A stretch of DNA of 64,000 bases, from contig OZ210885.1 of the NCBI GenBank assembly GCA_964658305.1, positions 19,592,001-19,656,000 on the forward strand. The letters run 5' to 3'. The position numbers and the translations under genes are program-made. The stretch is from Leptogorgia sarmentosa. Its lineage: Eukaryota. Position 1 is the first letter of the stretch. Every line of letters starts with the position of its first letter. The notes below the pieces were generated by a model. That model worked only from the letters and a program-made list of their open reading frames with translations. It had not been told where the DNA came from and did no database searches. Positions 1-12,418 of the stretch are shown here, piece after piece.

Positions 1-773
1 CCGGACCTCGGACACCAAAACCCAATTTTTGAACCAAATGACCTCTTAATCTTTCCTTTTAGCCTATGTGGAGGTGGCAATGTAATCTCAGATTTCTCAC
101 CAAACAGTCGAATTTTGATATTCCATTGCAAGTATCGTCTGCCAATCACTACCAAGAACTTTTGCTTGCAAAAGTGAGTATTTGTCAGATGCAGCAGCTT
201 TTTGCAATGTTCGAGCCCCGTTCTCGGTTTCACATTTCTCGAGCGTTTCATACCCACTACCAGACTTTGCAGTTTTTCTTTTCTCGCATATACAGCATTC
301 CAAAATTCCAATTCCAAAACACACTTCAATGTTCTTTGCAAATGTCACACTTAAACAGACCATTGCAAATTCGCAAAATTGTTGTAAGATGGATAAGATT
401 CTTGTAACTCTGTCTTTGACAATCTGTGTGAGCTTTTCTGATTAGGATGACAAAATTAAGATCAAGATGGTAACCATCGCAGCATCCAAGACATCAGCCA
501 CTTATGGTTTTCTTTCCAGTTACAGTATTTTGAAGTATCATTGTGTATAGTGATGTCCATAGTACGATGGCCCGATGCAAACAAAATAAAACGTAGATGC
601 ACACTCGTAAATGTAGTTGAAAACTTAATTAAAACTATAGATTTAACCCTGAATCTGTAATACAAAACAATATACGAAGACAGCGAGCCACTGAATTTTT
701 AATCTTGTTTGGTGAAAGAAGACATTGCACATGCCACATATGCCATTGTAGGTCCTGTTTTAACAAATTTCAG

Positions 774-2263
774 GTGGAATGTATTGTGCTTTTTGTGGAG
801 AAATAGTAACACAAGATGGTATATGCGATGAATGTTATTCCCAGCGAAATGTTGAACAACTAATAACACACTATTTTCATTATGGATACCCGTATGAAGC
901 AATTGTCGGTCTTTTAGAGAAAAAAGGTATTCACATGTGCGTGCGAACTCTGAAAAGGCGTTTACGAATTCTTGGTTTGAGAAGAAAATGTAATGGTACG
1001 ATCAGAGCAGCGATCCAACATGAAATGCAAGGGGCAGGAGAGCTATCGGGCTACAGAACTGTTTGGCACGCGCTACGTTTAAGACACCATATTCATGTGC
1101 CTCGCAGTTTGGTTGCTGAAATAATGAAGGAAATCGATCCCATTGGTGTAGAAGAAAGACGAGCACGAAGATTGAAGAGAAGAACATTCAATTCAAAAGG
1201 GGCAAACGCCACTTGGCACATGGACGGTAAGTGATACTAGGTATTGTGCTAACAGAACTAACATGTTTTTGGTTTTCACAGTTTCTGTACATACATCATA
1301 AATAAAATCTCACTACTGTCAACGTTCATGCCGACCATTGGTCATGCCGACCATTGGTCATGCAGACCAATTCATAGGGTTAACATGTACAGGGTTTAGT
1401 TGATAAAAGATTGCAACGTTAGAAAAATGCAACTAAGGAAGACTGGGGGGAAATGGAGTGCATGGAATGAAGCCATTACTACTTGTTTATTTTCTTGTAC
1501 GTGACATTTACAAGCTATGACAAACTAAAGCCGTACGGCTTTCCCGTCCATGGTGCTATTGACGGATTTAGTCGCAGGATTTTATGGCTGGAACTAGCCC
1601 GATCTAACAACAATCCTAAAGTAGCCGCAACGTTCTATCTTAACCAAGTTAAAGAGATAAACGGATGTCCTTTACAACTAATATCTGACTGCGGCACAGA
1701 AAATGGCATTGCTGCTTCCATGCAGTGTTTCTTCCGTCGAAATGGTGACGATGAGCTAGCAGGCGAAAAATCTCATAAGTATTGTTCATCACCTTCAAAC
1801 CAACGCATAGAGGCATGGTGGTCTTTCTTAAGAAGACGTAGATCGAACTGGTGGATAAACCTATTCAAGGACATGATTGAAAACAACATACTTGATTTGG
1901 GAAACGAATTTCATCTTGAATGTTTGTGGTTCTGCTTTTCGAGGGTTCTGCAGAATGACTTGGACAAAGTCAAAGAACATTGGAACAGCCACAAAGTTAG
2001 CAAGTCTCCTTATAGTTCATGGGGTGCCAGATATAATGTATTTTCTGCCTGAACACCATGGACATGAAGAATGTTTGGTAGATGTGTCGCAAGAACAGAT
2101 AGACGAAATGGAGGAGCATTGCCAAATACAAGAGTTAGAAGAGAATATATACCGTGAATATTTTCTTTACGTGTTGGAAACAGATAATCTAGCTTATCCA
2201 AGTGATGAAGAACAAGCCTTTACGCTGTATCAAAGATTAATGGAATTACAGAACGAGAATTAA
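774..2263 (+). pseudogene. Integrase-core (IS3/IS481-type DDE) transposase, spliced and frameshifted
   Basis: HTH-like N-terminus, then WHMDG/YDKLKPYGFPVHGAIDGFSRRILWL, SDCGTEN and NQRIEAWW motifs. Intron about 1227-1513 with a mutated acceptor; frameshift near 2010. Confidence 0.8.
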
Positions 2264-2921
2264 AATTAGTGGACAATGCAGTTTTTCCCAAATTTAATAG
2301 TTACAAACATCAAGTTAAAATTGCTGTGATCTCAACATGAACCCAAATGACTTTACAACTAAACTCGAAAGGCTGAGTCGTTGAGCCATTTTAATTATTT
2401 TTTATTTTAAAGAAAATGCAAACAAAGATGGTGGAGAATGTCAAGTTTGCCAAACTTTATAAGGTGCTGTGCCTTAAATGCTCTAGAACTGAAGCAATAG
2501 AGTACTTCTTGCTTAGTAATAAGGCTTAGCAATTCACCTCTGCCTTTGAGTTTACTGGCATAACGCTTTCTGGCCCAAACATATAAGCGCACGATAATTT
2601 CGTCATTTTGTAAAATATAACCTCCCTGTTTAGATTTTTCTTTCGTTTTAAGACGTTTGCATTTCTTTACAGTGTTTTTATGATGCGAGCATATGTTCGG
2701 CCAAAATAGCCACAAATAACATCAATAACGATTACACCATTTGATAAAACTAAACAGTTATAACACAAGAATCTAGCCACCAATTTAACTAGTAGCAAAA
2801 TATCAAACAAAACATTTATAATTACTACCTTAAAGGGTTATGTCAATGATAACAGTTGCTTAACGTCACGTGCTTTTTCGTTGAAAGACTGTTAAACCTT
2901 AATCAGACCAAACCATCTTTA

Positions 2922-5445
2922 TCACACTATATTAAAGTGCCAAGCATCCTTATTAGAAAGCAGCTCGCTAAATTCTTCAGAAAGTTCGTTGTAGGACTGG
3001 TATGTTGAAGGAATTTCAAGTAACTGGTCTACGTGTTGTGCCCTCGAGGACATTAAATGTTACTTTGATGCGTGGAAAGCAGATAACATCACTACCCGTC
3101 ACAAATTGTAAAAATAGAGACAAGAAATTTCCCTGCAGTGACCGAGTATACTTCTTTAAGTGATCAAGACACTGGCGTTCCTTATCTGATGTCGGTTCGG
3201 ACTGAATTAATTTCAAAACCTTCTTTGTAGTTGGCCTCTTAGCTTCATATAGGTTTTCCATATCTTTAACGGATTGGAAATTTGGGAGAATTCTCAATGA
3301 CTTAAGAACAGGAGACCAGCAATTTAACACATATCTCGGTTTTTGAATGATCTCTTGATGAGCAATTTCGGACATGATGTGGCGAATATTGTCTTTTGAA
3401 GGATTTCGAAAGCACTTATAATTACTCAATAAATCCATCAAATCCTCATCATCTGGATCAAAATCAAAGTCGTCTTTGAGACATTTATCAAAAGTGCTTC
3501 TCTCGTCATCGGATAGATATTGGCGGAAACATGATAGCAAAAACTCCCCCGAAATACTATTATCACCAAACAAACAAACAATAAGGAAACCCATAGATAG
3601 CGACAATGGAAAATATCCGTCTCTTACATACCCATACAATAATATACGAGCAATGGCTTGCCATTCATCTTTCTGGTAGTCGTGTCTTATAGCAGGAATC
3701 TTTTCTTGTGCTCCAATAGCCAGGGAGTTGAAGAACTGGTTCCAGAAAGTTGCAAGTGTTGGAGACGGCCATAATTATTAGGGAAATGATTAATTAGAAT
3801 AGGTTTCAAAATACAAGGACTCACAGATTGAAATAGCTATCATAACTTTATTAGAGATAATCAGATCAAGAGTAGGCAGTCAAGGTCACTGTGTCAAAAT
3901 CCTACTTAACTGTGACGAACAACAGATGTTGCAACTAACACTAGTGCTTTATGACGGGAAATAATAGAACATTGTAGTAAATATATTGTGATCGAGTATA
4001 TGTAGCGTGAGGGAGGCTTGTGACATTAGTAATCTTGTGATCGTGTGGAATAGTGAACATTTTCAACCTTAGAAGTGATTTATTGTGAGTCTATACTGGG
4101 AATTGTGATTGAGTTATTATTATATTAAATCTTTTATATATCATTGAGTGTGAGATCAAGTTGTGAAGTGTTGGGCGAAACTATTGGGAGGCAATTCTCA
4201 ACACAAGTGCATCACGAAAAACACCATCTCCCTTTCCTATTTCTACCTTTCCATTGTATCCAATAAGTGTGACATCTAGATTTCTTTGCATTACTACTAT
4301 CATGTCATCCTTTAAGATGGTTCGATGCCAGACCACAGAATAAATAGGGGACTCTTTTATGTTTGACACAACGTCAATAAACGAAAAATCATTATCATAG
4401 GTATCTGCAAAAACAATTTATTAGTCAGTTGAATCACGGTTAATAACTAACAGTGGTAGAATAAAATATGGACAGGTACCCAAGCAAAATTAAAATACAA
4501 GGACTGAATACAACCTAGTACATGAATAGTTATAGATTTCATTAGCCTAGTTCTATTAATTAAACAATACTCGATGGGAGAAGCAACTTTTAGTTATTAA
4601 TTTGACTATGAACACTTTAATGAATATGGACTATATATATACAGCTTGTTGATGTCAATAATTTCTGGGTCTATGTCACAGTAGTTTAGTAGCTTGATAA
4701 ATATAATGAATAGTTAGTTGTTGTTTTATGCACTACTCAACCTAATTTACTTGGGGATTAAATTGTCAGATTTACCTAAAAAGATGTCCATGTCATTTAC
4801 ATCCTCCATGTTTGGTTCATTGATTGTTGTATTGCTCATGACAGGTTCACATACATATGTAGATCCCTCAGACACTTCTTTATTTATCTCAACCACCTGC
4901 ACTTCCTCCATGTTTAGTTCATCAGATCCACTATAACCCACATTACATGGAGTAGCACATGACATAATCTGAATAAATAATTCACTGTTAAACCTTAGGA
5001 TTTTATCGGACGCTTTTTTAAGCAGCTCGTCGGCGTTAATGCTCGGATTGACAGTAAGAGGCAACAGACTTCCTCTTACGAACTTTAAATCATTATCGCG
5101 GAATCTCCTTAAACTAACATTTATCGTGACTTCGCTTGGCGTTTTCTTATTTCCATTCGTTTCAACTTTTGTTTTTTTGGCTTTGGGTTTGAATCTCGAT
5201 TTTCGTTCTTCTTCCTTACGTTTTTGGTATTCGCGGAACGACACAGGTGTTGATAACCGACTTTTTGAAACTGGCGTGAACGAAGTGCTCGATGTCGATG
5301 TACCCTGTGATGTATTGTTCACTGTGCTGCAGCCACTAGTGCTAACACTTACAGGAGGTTTTTCCACTTTTTCGATACATTGACCACAAACGTGACAAAA
5401 TTTTGCCCCAACTAATGATGAACACCCGCACTGACTACAGAACAT
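2922..5445 (-). pseudogene. Zinc-ribbon plus HECT-like E3 ubiquitin ligase gene inside the IS3EU-like element, decayed
   Basis: N-terminal CSQC...FCHVCG; GDGVFRDAL|ATFW; FLQFVTGSD; RRPV...LEIPSTYQSYNEL C-lobe pattern with the AHTC catalytic segment missing. Confidence 0.65.
3757..4203. mobile_element. Solo LTR (Gypsy-like)
   Basis: TGTTG...CAACA termini and a 4-bp TSD CAAG (3753-3756, 4204-4207). Removing it restores RDALATFW in the HECT-like frame. Confidence 0.85.
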
Positions 5446-7349
5446 TTATACTTCAATGTCAAAGTCTACATTTTTTACAAATATACAACCAGTACGAAAC
5501 GTGCAATATAAAATATTGTTGCAATACGCGCGCATTGCTTCATGGGAATTACATTATTTTAAGTGTGCATCTACGTTTTATTTTGTTTGCATCGACTTTT
5601 TAAAGTATGCATCAACATTTTTAAGTTTGCATTCACAATTCTATTATTAAGTTTGCATCGACTTTTTAAAGTTTGCATCGACTTTTTTAAAAGATTGCAT
5701 TGAGTTTTTTAAAGTTTGCATGTCCCTTGTGGGCCATCGTACCATAGGCAATCATTTCATACAAATTGTTGAAATGAAAGTAGACTAGTACTATATATTT
5801 GTTACAATATGTTACAGTTTCAACAAATTCTTTGTACTTTTGCAATCAACATTGAGTTATAACTATTGACAGTTGTACTGACAGTGAATTGAAGTTGGTT
5901 GATATTTTACTGAATAAAGCTACTGTTTAACCACAGTCAATTGTAACAAGAATTGGTAATCACTGAATGTTCTGAAGTCATTTCATGAGTGTTTCAACTG
6001 AACTGTTTGAACGGAATAGACATAGGAGAGTATAACTAACCTGAAGTTGCCTGACACCCAAAACAAAGACAATCATTCTTCCCACTGTATGATATTACAA
6101 CACTATCCTAGACTGCATATGCCATTTGATTGAATGAAAAATTTTGAATTATTTCTTATACAGTCTGGCACAATTGCCAGAAATCTAATATATATATGAA
6201 TTGTGGTTGTGCATCTAGTGTGTTTATTGTCCAACTTATTTAGGCCAAGAACGTGATTCCATGAACCAAATGAACAATAGATTCAATACACACTCGACTA
6301 TAGAGCTACCAAATATCTAGGGGTTGACTACCGCACGGGCGTTTTTTGTGGGTGACGTCAATACATTTGGTATGCGATTCATCTCACTATTTTGTAATCT
6401 CACCGTAACAAATCGTAGCATGCTCGCATTACGATCGCCTGAGACATCGTGCCGGGTATTAAATTGCGGGAAATATTTAAATATGGCGCCGAAATTTAAA
6501 TATCGGTACTGATTATATTGTAGTGACGGTAGTGTCACCCACGCAATCAAAGAGTGTGCAAAATATGCGTAAACTTCATCGTCATAATGCTCTTAGGAAA
6601 CGAACTCACCCATATGACATTAACTTCAAATTTCACTAGCCTAAAGTGCTAACACGCCCTAATAATCTGGACACTAATCCTAATTGCCTTTCCGCCTCGC
6701 CTTTACCAGCTAACATAAAATAAAGCGCAATTGCGCAAATTCTTATAGTCAGAGAGTCTTAGCTTCGCGCTTGGTGAATTATTCTCAACAGTGTTCTCAA
6801 ATACTAAAATATTAAAGCAAAGGAAATGGAATCCACCGCATTTAATAGTATTTTAGAGAAAGAAATAGACTTTTTAAAAAAGTCTTTAAACAATTTCCGA
6901 ATAGATGGATCTTACTGCTATGGATATGTTGGCGAAAACAGAATTTATGCGTTTTAATTTTTTTCAGGGGGGGAGAAATTAATCTTGGCAACGGGGGGGG
7001 GGGGAATTGGGCACCATGAATACAGTGGGGACCCCACCCCACTTCCCCACTGAGTCTCATTCAGCAAAATTGAAGCTGTTGTCATATAATGGCGAAAAAT
7101 TTTGAAGGCTAGGTTGTTGTTGAAAAAAATTGTTGAGATTAGTCGGCAAAATTTGAGAAAAAAGTCCGTAAAATTTCCAACACCAGCCCGTTCTAGCCCC
7201 TAGTATCTTGTCCCAACTTCTATTATATGTTGCACACATTTCTCTTCTACGAATAGTTAAAACTTATAGTGTTCAGTCATGGATAGGAATGAAACGTCAT
7301 CGTCGAGTATTTTATGATATTGATTTCTTATCCCATGATTCTCCTAGTG

Positions 7350-9632
7350 TCTCCAATTTTTGAGCACAAGCGTGGAAACATACCGATTTTGATGTTTGGT
7401 AATCCATTTGTGATCACTGGGACAGAAATCAGACACTGTTTACATGGTTCTGAAAAGGTGCAACACATTTATTTTAATAATGCATTTTGATATTGTTAAT
7501 CACAGCTAAATAATATTTCTACGATCCATACAGGATGCAAGGGGTGGTTGGAAGCCAAAGCCTGTACATGAGCACAACTATGGAAGGAATCGTCGAATAA
7601 AGTTACAAGGAACACGAAAATTGAATTGCTCAGCCACGATACAACTACGGCATGTTGAAATATTCGACGATTTTGAGGTATCAGGTGATTCGCCCACTGC
7701 TAACAGCGTCCGAATGGCTAAAGAGAGAACAATGGAAGAACTGAAGAAAAAACTAGGGTCAAATGAGGCGTTAAAGACATCCTCAAGGCACTACGTGAAA
7801 ATTCCGCTAAGCAAAGAGCATTCTGGGCACCCGGTTGGTGAAAGTTCGTCAGTAAACCAGATAATCGACAAAAGAATAATAGAAAGAATCTACGAACTCG
7901 CGAAGAAAAATGTCATTGGCCTGAAGGAAGTGAAACGATGTCTGGATGAATTTGTGGAAAAAGAGCTATTCTCCGATGCTCCGAAACACACATGGCCAAA
8001 GAAAACAAATCGAAGATATTATCCAAGTTCCAAAGACCTGCGGAATCACATTTTAAGAGCTATTGCCACCGGGAAATACTGCAACAACGACCAAGAGTCC
8101 CTTCTTCGAAAGATAACCGATTTGAAGCAGTCATCACCAAGTACAAGATTCTTCCTTCGAACCCAAGAAGGCGAACCGAACTGTTTTGGTGATGACGTGC
8201 CTAGTAACGAGAGCGATAATTTTCTTTTTGTTCACCAAGAAGAGTGGCAATGAAAACTTCTGCTGAAGTATGGAAGTGACCTCGCCCTACTTGACGCGAC
8301 ATACAAAACAACGAAGTATGCCATGCCGTTGTTCTTCTTATGAGTGAACACCAACGTTGGCTACAAGGTAGTTACCGAGTTTATGTGCCAACACGAGGAC
8401 GAAATTTCCATATCCGAAGCCTTGGGAATCTTGCGAAGATGGAACCAGGACTGGAGTCCAAAATACTTCATGGTAGATTTTTCAGCGGCTGAAATAGGGG
8501 CGATTGAAACATGCTTTTCTGGTGTTGTTGCATATATCTGTGATTTCCACCATCAGCAGGCTATTCGCGTTGGGCCAGAGCTGCGAAAAACGGTCTTGAT
8601 CAATACGAGCGAGAGTTTCTTCAGTCAGCAATGACAAGAATCGGTAGGGCTCCTACAGAGACGCAGTAAAACGACGAGTTATCCAAGCTTCGCCAATCTA
8701 CACTGTACAAAACAAAGGAAAATGTGAGAGATTATGTGGAGAAAACGTGGATCCCTTGTCATTTTCGCTGGTGCCACGCATTTCGAAAATCACAAGCATT
8801 ACACATTGTGAACACTAACAATGGAGTGGAGTCTATGAACAGGCTTTTTAAATATGATTACCTACCCCGATCCATTGATAAATCTCTCTACGGCATAGTC
8901 GTCATGATTGTATGTTCTTTCCTGCCAGATTCATACCAAACCTACCTTGTTTGAACGATCACCAAGGGAAGTTTCTGGTCAAAAGTTCTGGAAACAAGAA
9001 ACTGTGCTACCAGGTCCGATTCTCAGTTCCGAGCTGCACATGCAAATCTTGGAGGCAATCCACTTTCCCATGCAAGCATTTCTTTGCGGTCTTCAAATTT
9101 TTTCCAAGTGGCAGTTTTCCAGCTTGCCTCTGGCCTATCGAGAGAGCGTCTTACACTAGATACTGATGGTTTGCTAATCAATTCACCAACTACCAATGCA
9201 AACTCACTTCCCTCCAGTAAAAACACGGAAGATCCACCTACAATTCCGGATACAACTCCTGAGAGGTCAACACCTGAATCACAAACACCCCAGTCTTTGC
9301 CTGAGTCAACAGCAAACAATTCCACCCCATCAGTAGAACCCACAACTCTTGCGAAACTCAAGAGACAGTTGCAAGATAAGATATCTGGACTGAAGAATGT
9401 CTCTTTTTTGGTAGAAGATCCGGAGATGCTTCAAACGGCAATAACCGTTGTTGACAATCTGCAAGTGGCACTTCGAGCAACTTGTCCAAGAGTAGATGGT
9501 CTTTTTCTTAGAACTAGTCCTGAAAAGAAGAAATTGAAAATTACTTCAACAGATTACCATAAAGTGTTCCACAAGAAGTTGTCTCTTAGAAAAAAACGAA
9601 AGAATAAGATGGTTTCAGAAACCAAATATTAA
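7350..9632 (+). pseudogene. Mutator-like (MULE) transposase with CaRF-like N-terminus and SWIM finger, decayed
   Basis: LQGTRKLNCSA; LLDATYKTTKYAMPLFF; FMVDFSAAEIGAI; ICDFH; TNNGVESMN; CTCKSWRQSTFPCKHFF (SWIM). Several stops and frameshifts. Confidence 0.75.
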
Positions 9633-10004
9633 CATAAATGATGATACAAAGGTAAGAATAACAGGAGTAAGAAGGCTCTTTCCCGTATACAATACTAGAT
9701 AAATTTTAACTATTTTTATAGCCGTTAGAAAGCAACCTTGATTTTAATTCATCCTCTTTTACAGCAACGTCTTGTACAAGAGCGCCCATTCGTTGATCAT
9801 ACTCTGGATGTATCCGATGAAGAACATACAAATCCTGACATGAAACCGTCAATCGAAGACAGGTGCATACAGTATAATTTTAAAGTCTCCATATTTGTAT
9901 ATTGCTTTTTATGTATATTATTATAACACAGTTATTGGTCTTATAAAAATAACCCAAATAGGAGTGTTGAACAAACATCTTCATGTTTAATACCATTTTT
10001 TTAG

Positions 10005-11694
10005 CTGTGATTCACCAATGGAAATCGACGTTGAAGACAGTTCATCCACATCGAAATGCCTTTCACCGTACGAGAGAATTATTTACGCGTGCAGGATTGG
10101 GTTTAAAAAATATATGCTGGAATGTGGTCCCGTAAAACTAAACGTGTCAGACTTGTGCACATTACTCCCTCCTCGTTTTTGCATCGAGTCCAAGGCAATA
10201 AAGTCAGCAGTACAAGAAAATTTTGTTCCTGTTTGGCTCGTAGATAAGGTACTTTTTCTTAAAGTGCAAATTACTAGATAGCAGGGTTCATTGGGCGATT
10301 TATGGAAAACTACATGCGCGTTTGACGCGATACGAAAATGATGAATTAATGGTACTAATATCTATGTCGAGTATTATGGTAATATGAATAGAAAATTTCC
10401 AAGTATCGAACTGTTGAAACTGTTAAAAGTACTGTTATTTCTATCAAATGTGAAACTATAATTTATATCGTCTTCTTTTCGTAACAGGTATAAGTAAATA
10501 CACTATAACAGCACGTTAACGCATAGCATTATATTGCATTGTAGGTAATAGAAGCAGTGCTGTGGAAATTAAGAATCTCAAACCCAGAAACATTCTATGC
10601 AGATGCAACTCTCTGCGAACTTGTTCAAAGGCAGTCCAGCACACGCAGACTATGGATTGGAGAGAGTTTTATTGGCGTAGATAAAATGCTCATCCCCATG
10701 AATATCAATTCCAACCACTGGACATTGTTGGTATTGTAAAACATTATTTACCATGTTTTACCATTTACATACTACCATAGTTATAATATAGATAATGTGA
10801 TAATCTCGTCAAATTGCAAATTGTGTGCAGTGTATGCCTGTATGGTATATGCACAGTAACTATGTACCATCTGTTGCTCCATTACAATGCCTTTTTGCTT
10901 ATGATTTACAGGTGATTGATTGCAAAAAGTCACATCGATTATATCTAGACCCTTTACATGGTCAGAAGCAGCAATCAATAACATGTACAAACAATCCAGC
11001 ATTAAAACAACTTATCGATAACATAAGGTATGTCAAAATTTGTGGTGTTATCCAAATTTTGAAGAGGATCAGACTATAGTTATATACTGTTTGACCAGCA
11101 AAGCTATTGTATTTTGAGGCTTGCTCTGCCTCTTACCATGCAAAGCAAAGGAGGTTTAAACCATATTTTTCCCAATTTTATAGCAATGTGGTTGACATTA
11201 AAACTGGTTGGAAGAGCAGAGATTGGCCATGTATAGAACCTAGACATTTTTCTCAGAGGGATAGCCATAACTGTGGTGTTCTGATTTGTTTGGTTAGTTA
11301 TAACAGCTAATTATTTGTAATAATTATAATGTTTAATGAATGGTATTGTGCTCAGTAGTATGATGAAGCCACTTACTATTTTCTGTTGTCTAATGCCAGG
11401 TGATTTTATTTGTCAGCGTGCAAGTACCACTAACCAGAGACAAGTAAAATCATTTGGGGTTAGGCAGAGTAAAATACTAAGTAGGGGGGCATCCTGCCAG
11501 ATAATGGGTTAATATATGTATTTAATTAAGATATAAATTAAGTATACTTGCCTTCTAAAATATTTATTTACTTTCAGTTTGCACGCTGTATAACCAGAGA
11601 AGAGCCACTTGAGGAATCTTTCAACCTAAATAATGAAAGAGAGAAACTTTCATCTTCACTTTTTGGAAGCTGTTATGATGATTTTGCAGAGTAA
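10005..11694 (+). pseudogene. Ulp1/C48 SUMO-protease-like exons downstream of the MULE transposase
   Basis: Short GT-AG-bounded exons encoding LIPMNINSNHWTLL, YLDPL and QRDSHNCGVLICL (the H-D-Q-C catalytic set). Confidence 0.7.
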
Positions 11695-11879
11695 GATTCT
11701 GTCATTATACACTCAAATAATTTAAGCAATGACACACAAATTAAAGTACATGCAGCTGCATCTTCGTGCAATAATTGCTTGTGAGTTAATGATGGACGGA
11801 TGGTGGATAGTTTTGATAACTGATTAACTGGCAGAACTCTTCCACTGACAAGTATATACCTGATGTCAGATGGATCAGT

Positions 11880-12262
11880 AACGTCGTCATGTAATGGAAG
11901 TTTCTCAAGGCCATACTTTGTGACAGAGCAATAGAATTGGACAATTCCTGCTAGAAATACATCTTTTTCATTCTTACTGATATCACCCTCATTGAAAAGT
12001 TTATTTAATTTAGCTTTAGTTAAGATGTCCTTTGTGAGCAGTGTTATGTATAATGTGATACGGGCAACCCATAAAATAACACAATCGATTTTTATCCAAA
12101 GCACGAGAAAGAATTGAGTTATCTGCTCCCAAATTAACACAGCACGTGTCTAAAAATCGTGTTACAGTTCGATTTCTGTTGACATCGTAAAGTCGGACGG
12201 TGAGCGGGTTCATTTTTTCCAAATCAGTGTCATTCGAACCATCACAGTTGATAATGAAAAAA
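11880..12262 (-). pseudogene. hAT-type transposase fragment
   Basis: DGSNDTDLEKMNPLTVRLYD and MGCPYHIIHNTA motifs; internally deleted. Confidence 0.6.
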
Positions 12263-12418
12263 CATCTATATGACGTAATCTGTGGAATTGTCCCATGAAA
12301 GTGAGAGAAACAGCATACAAATCCATTGTACGACCCAAGCTAGAATATGCATCAGCAGCCTGGGACCCTTACACCAACAAGGACAAAGTTGCTTTGGAAA
12401 GAGTGCAGAGAAAAGCAG

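Larger units (their letters stand above)
563..5741 (+). mobile_element. IS3EU-like DNA transposon (two convergent genes)
   Basis: Termini TACGATGGCCC (563) and GGGCCATCGTA (5741) are flanked by a perfect 6-bp TSD CCATAG (557-562, 5742-5747). The inner inverted repeat 574-605 matches 5562-5593, and the left TIR is internally deleted. Confidence 0.85.

Noticed and set aside
1..7052. Host element around the IS3EU insertion (minus ORF 97-363; C/G-rich hairpin end at 7023-7052)
   Set aside because: Probably a decayed DNA transposon, but no partner TIR, TSD or catalytic motif is visible, so no family call is supportable.
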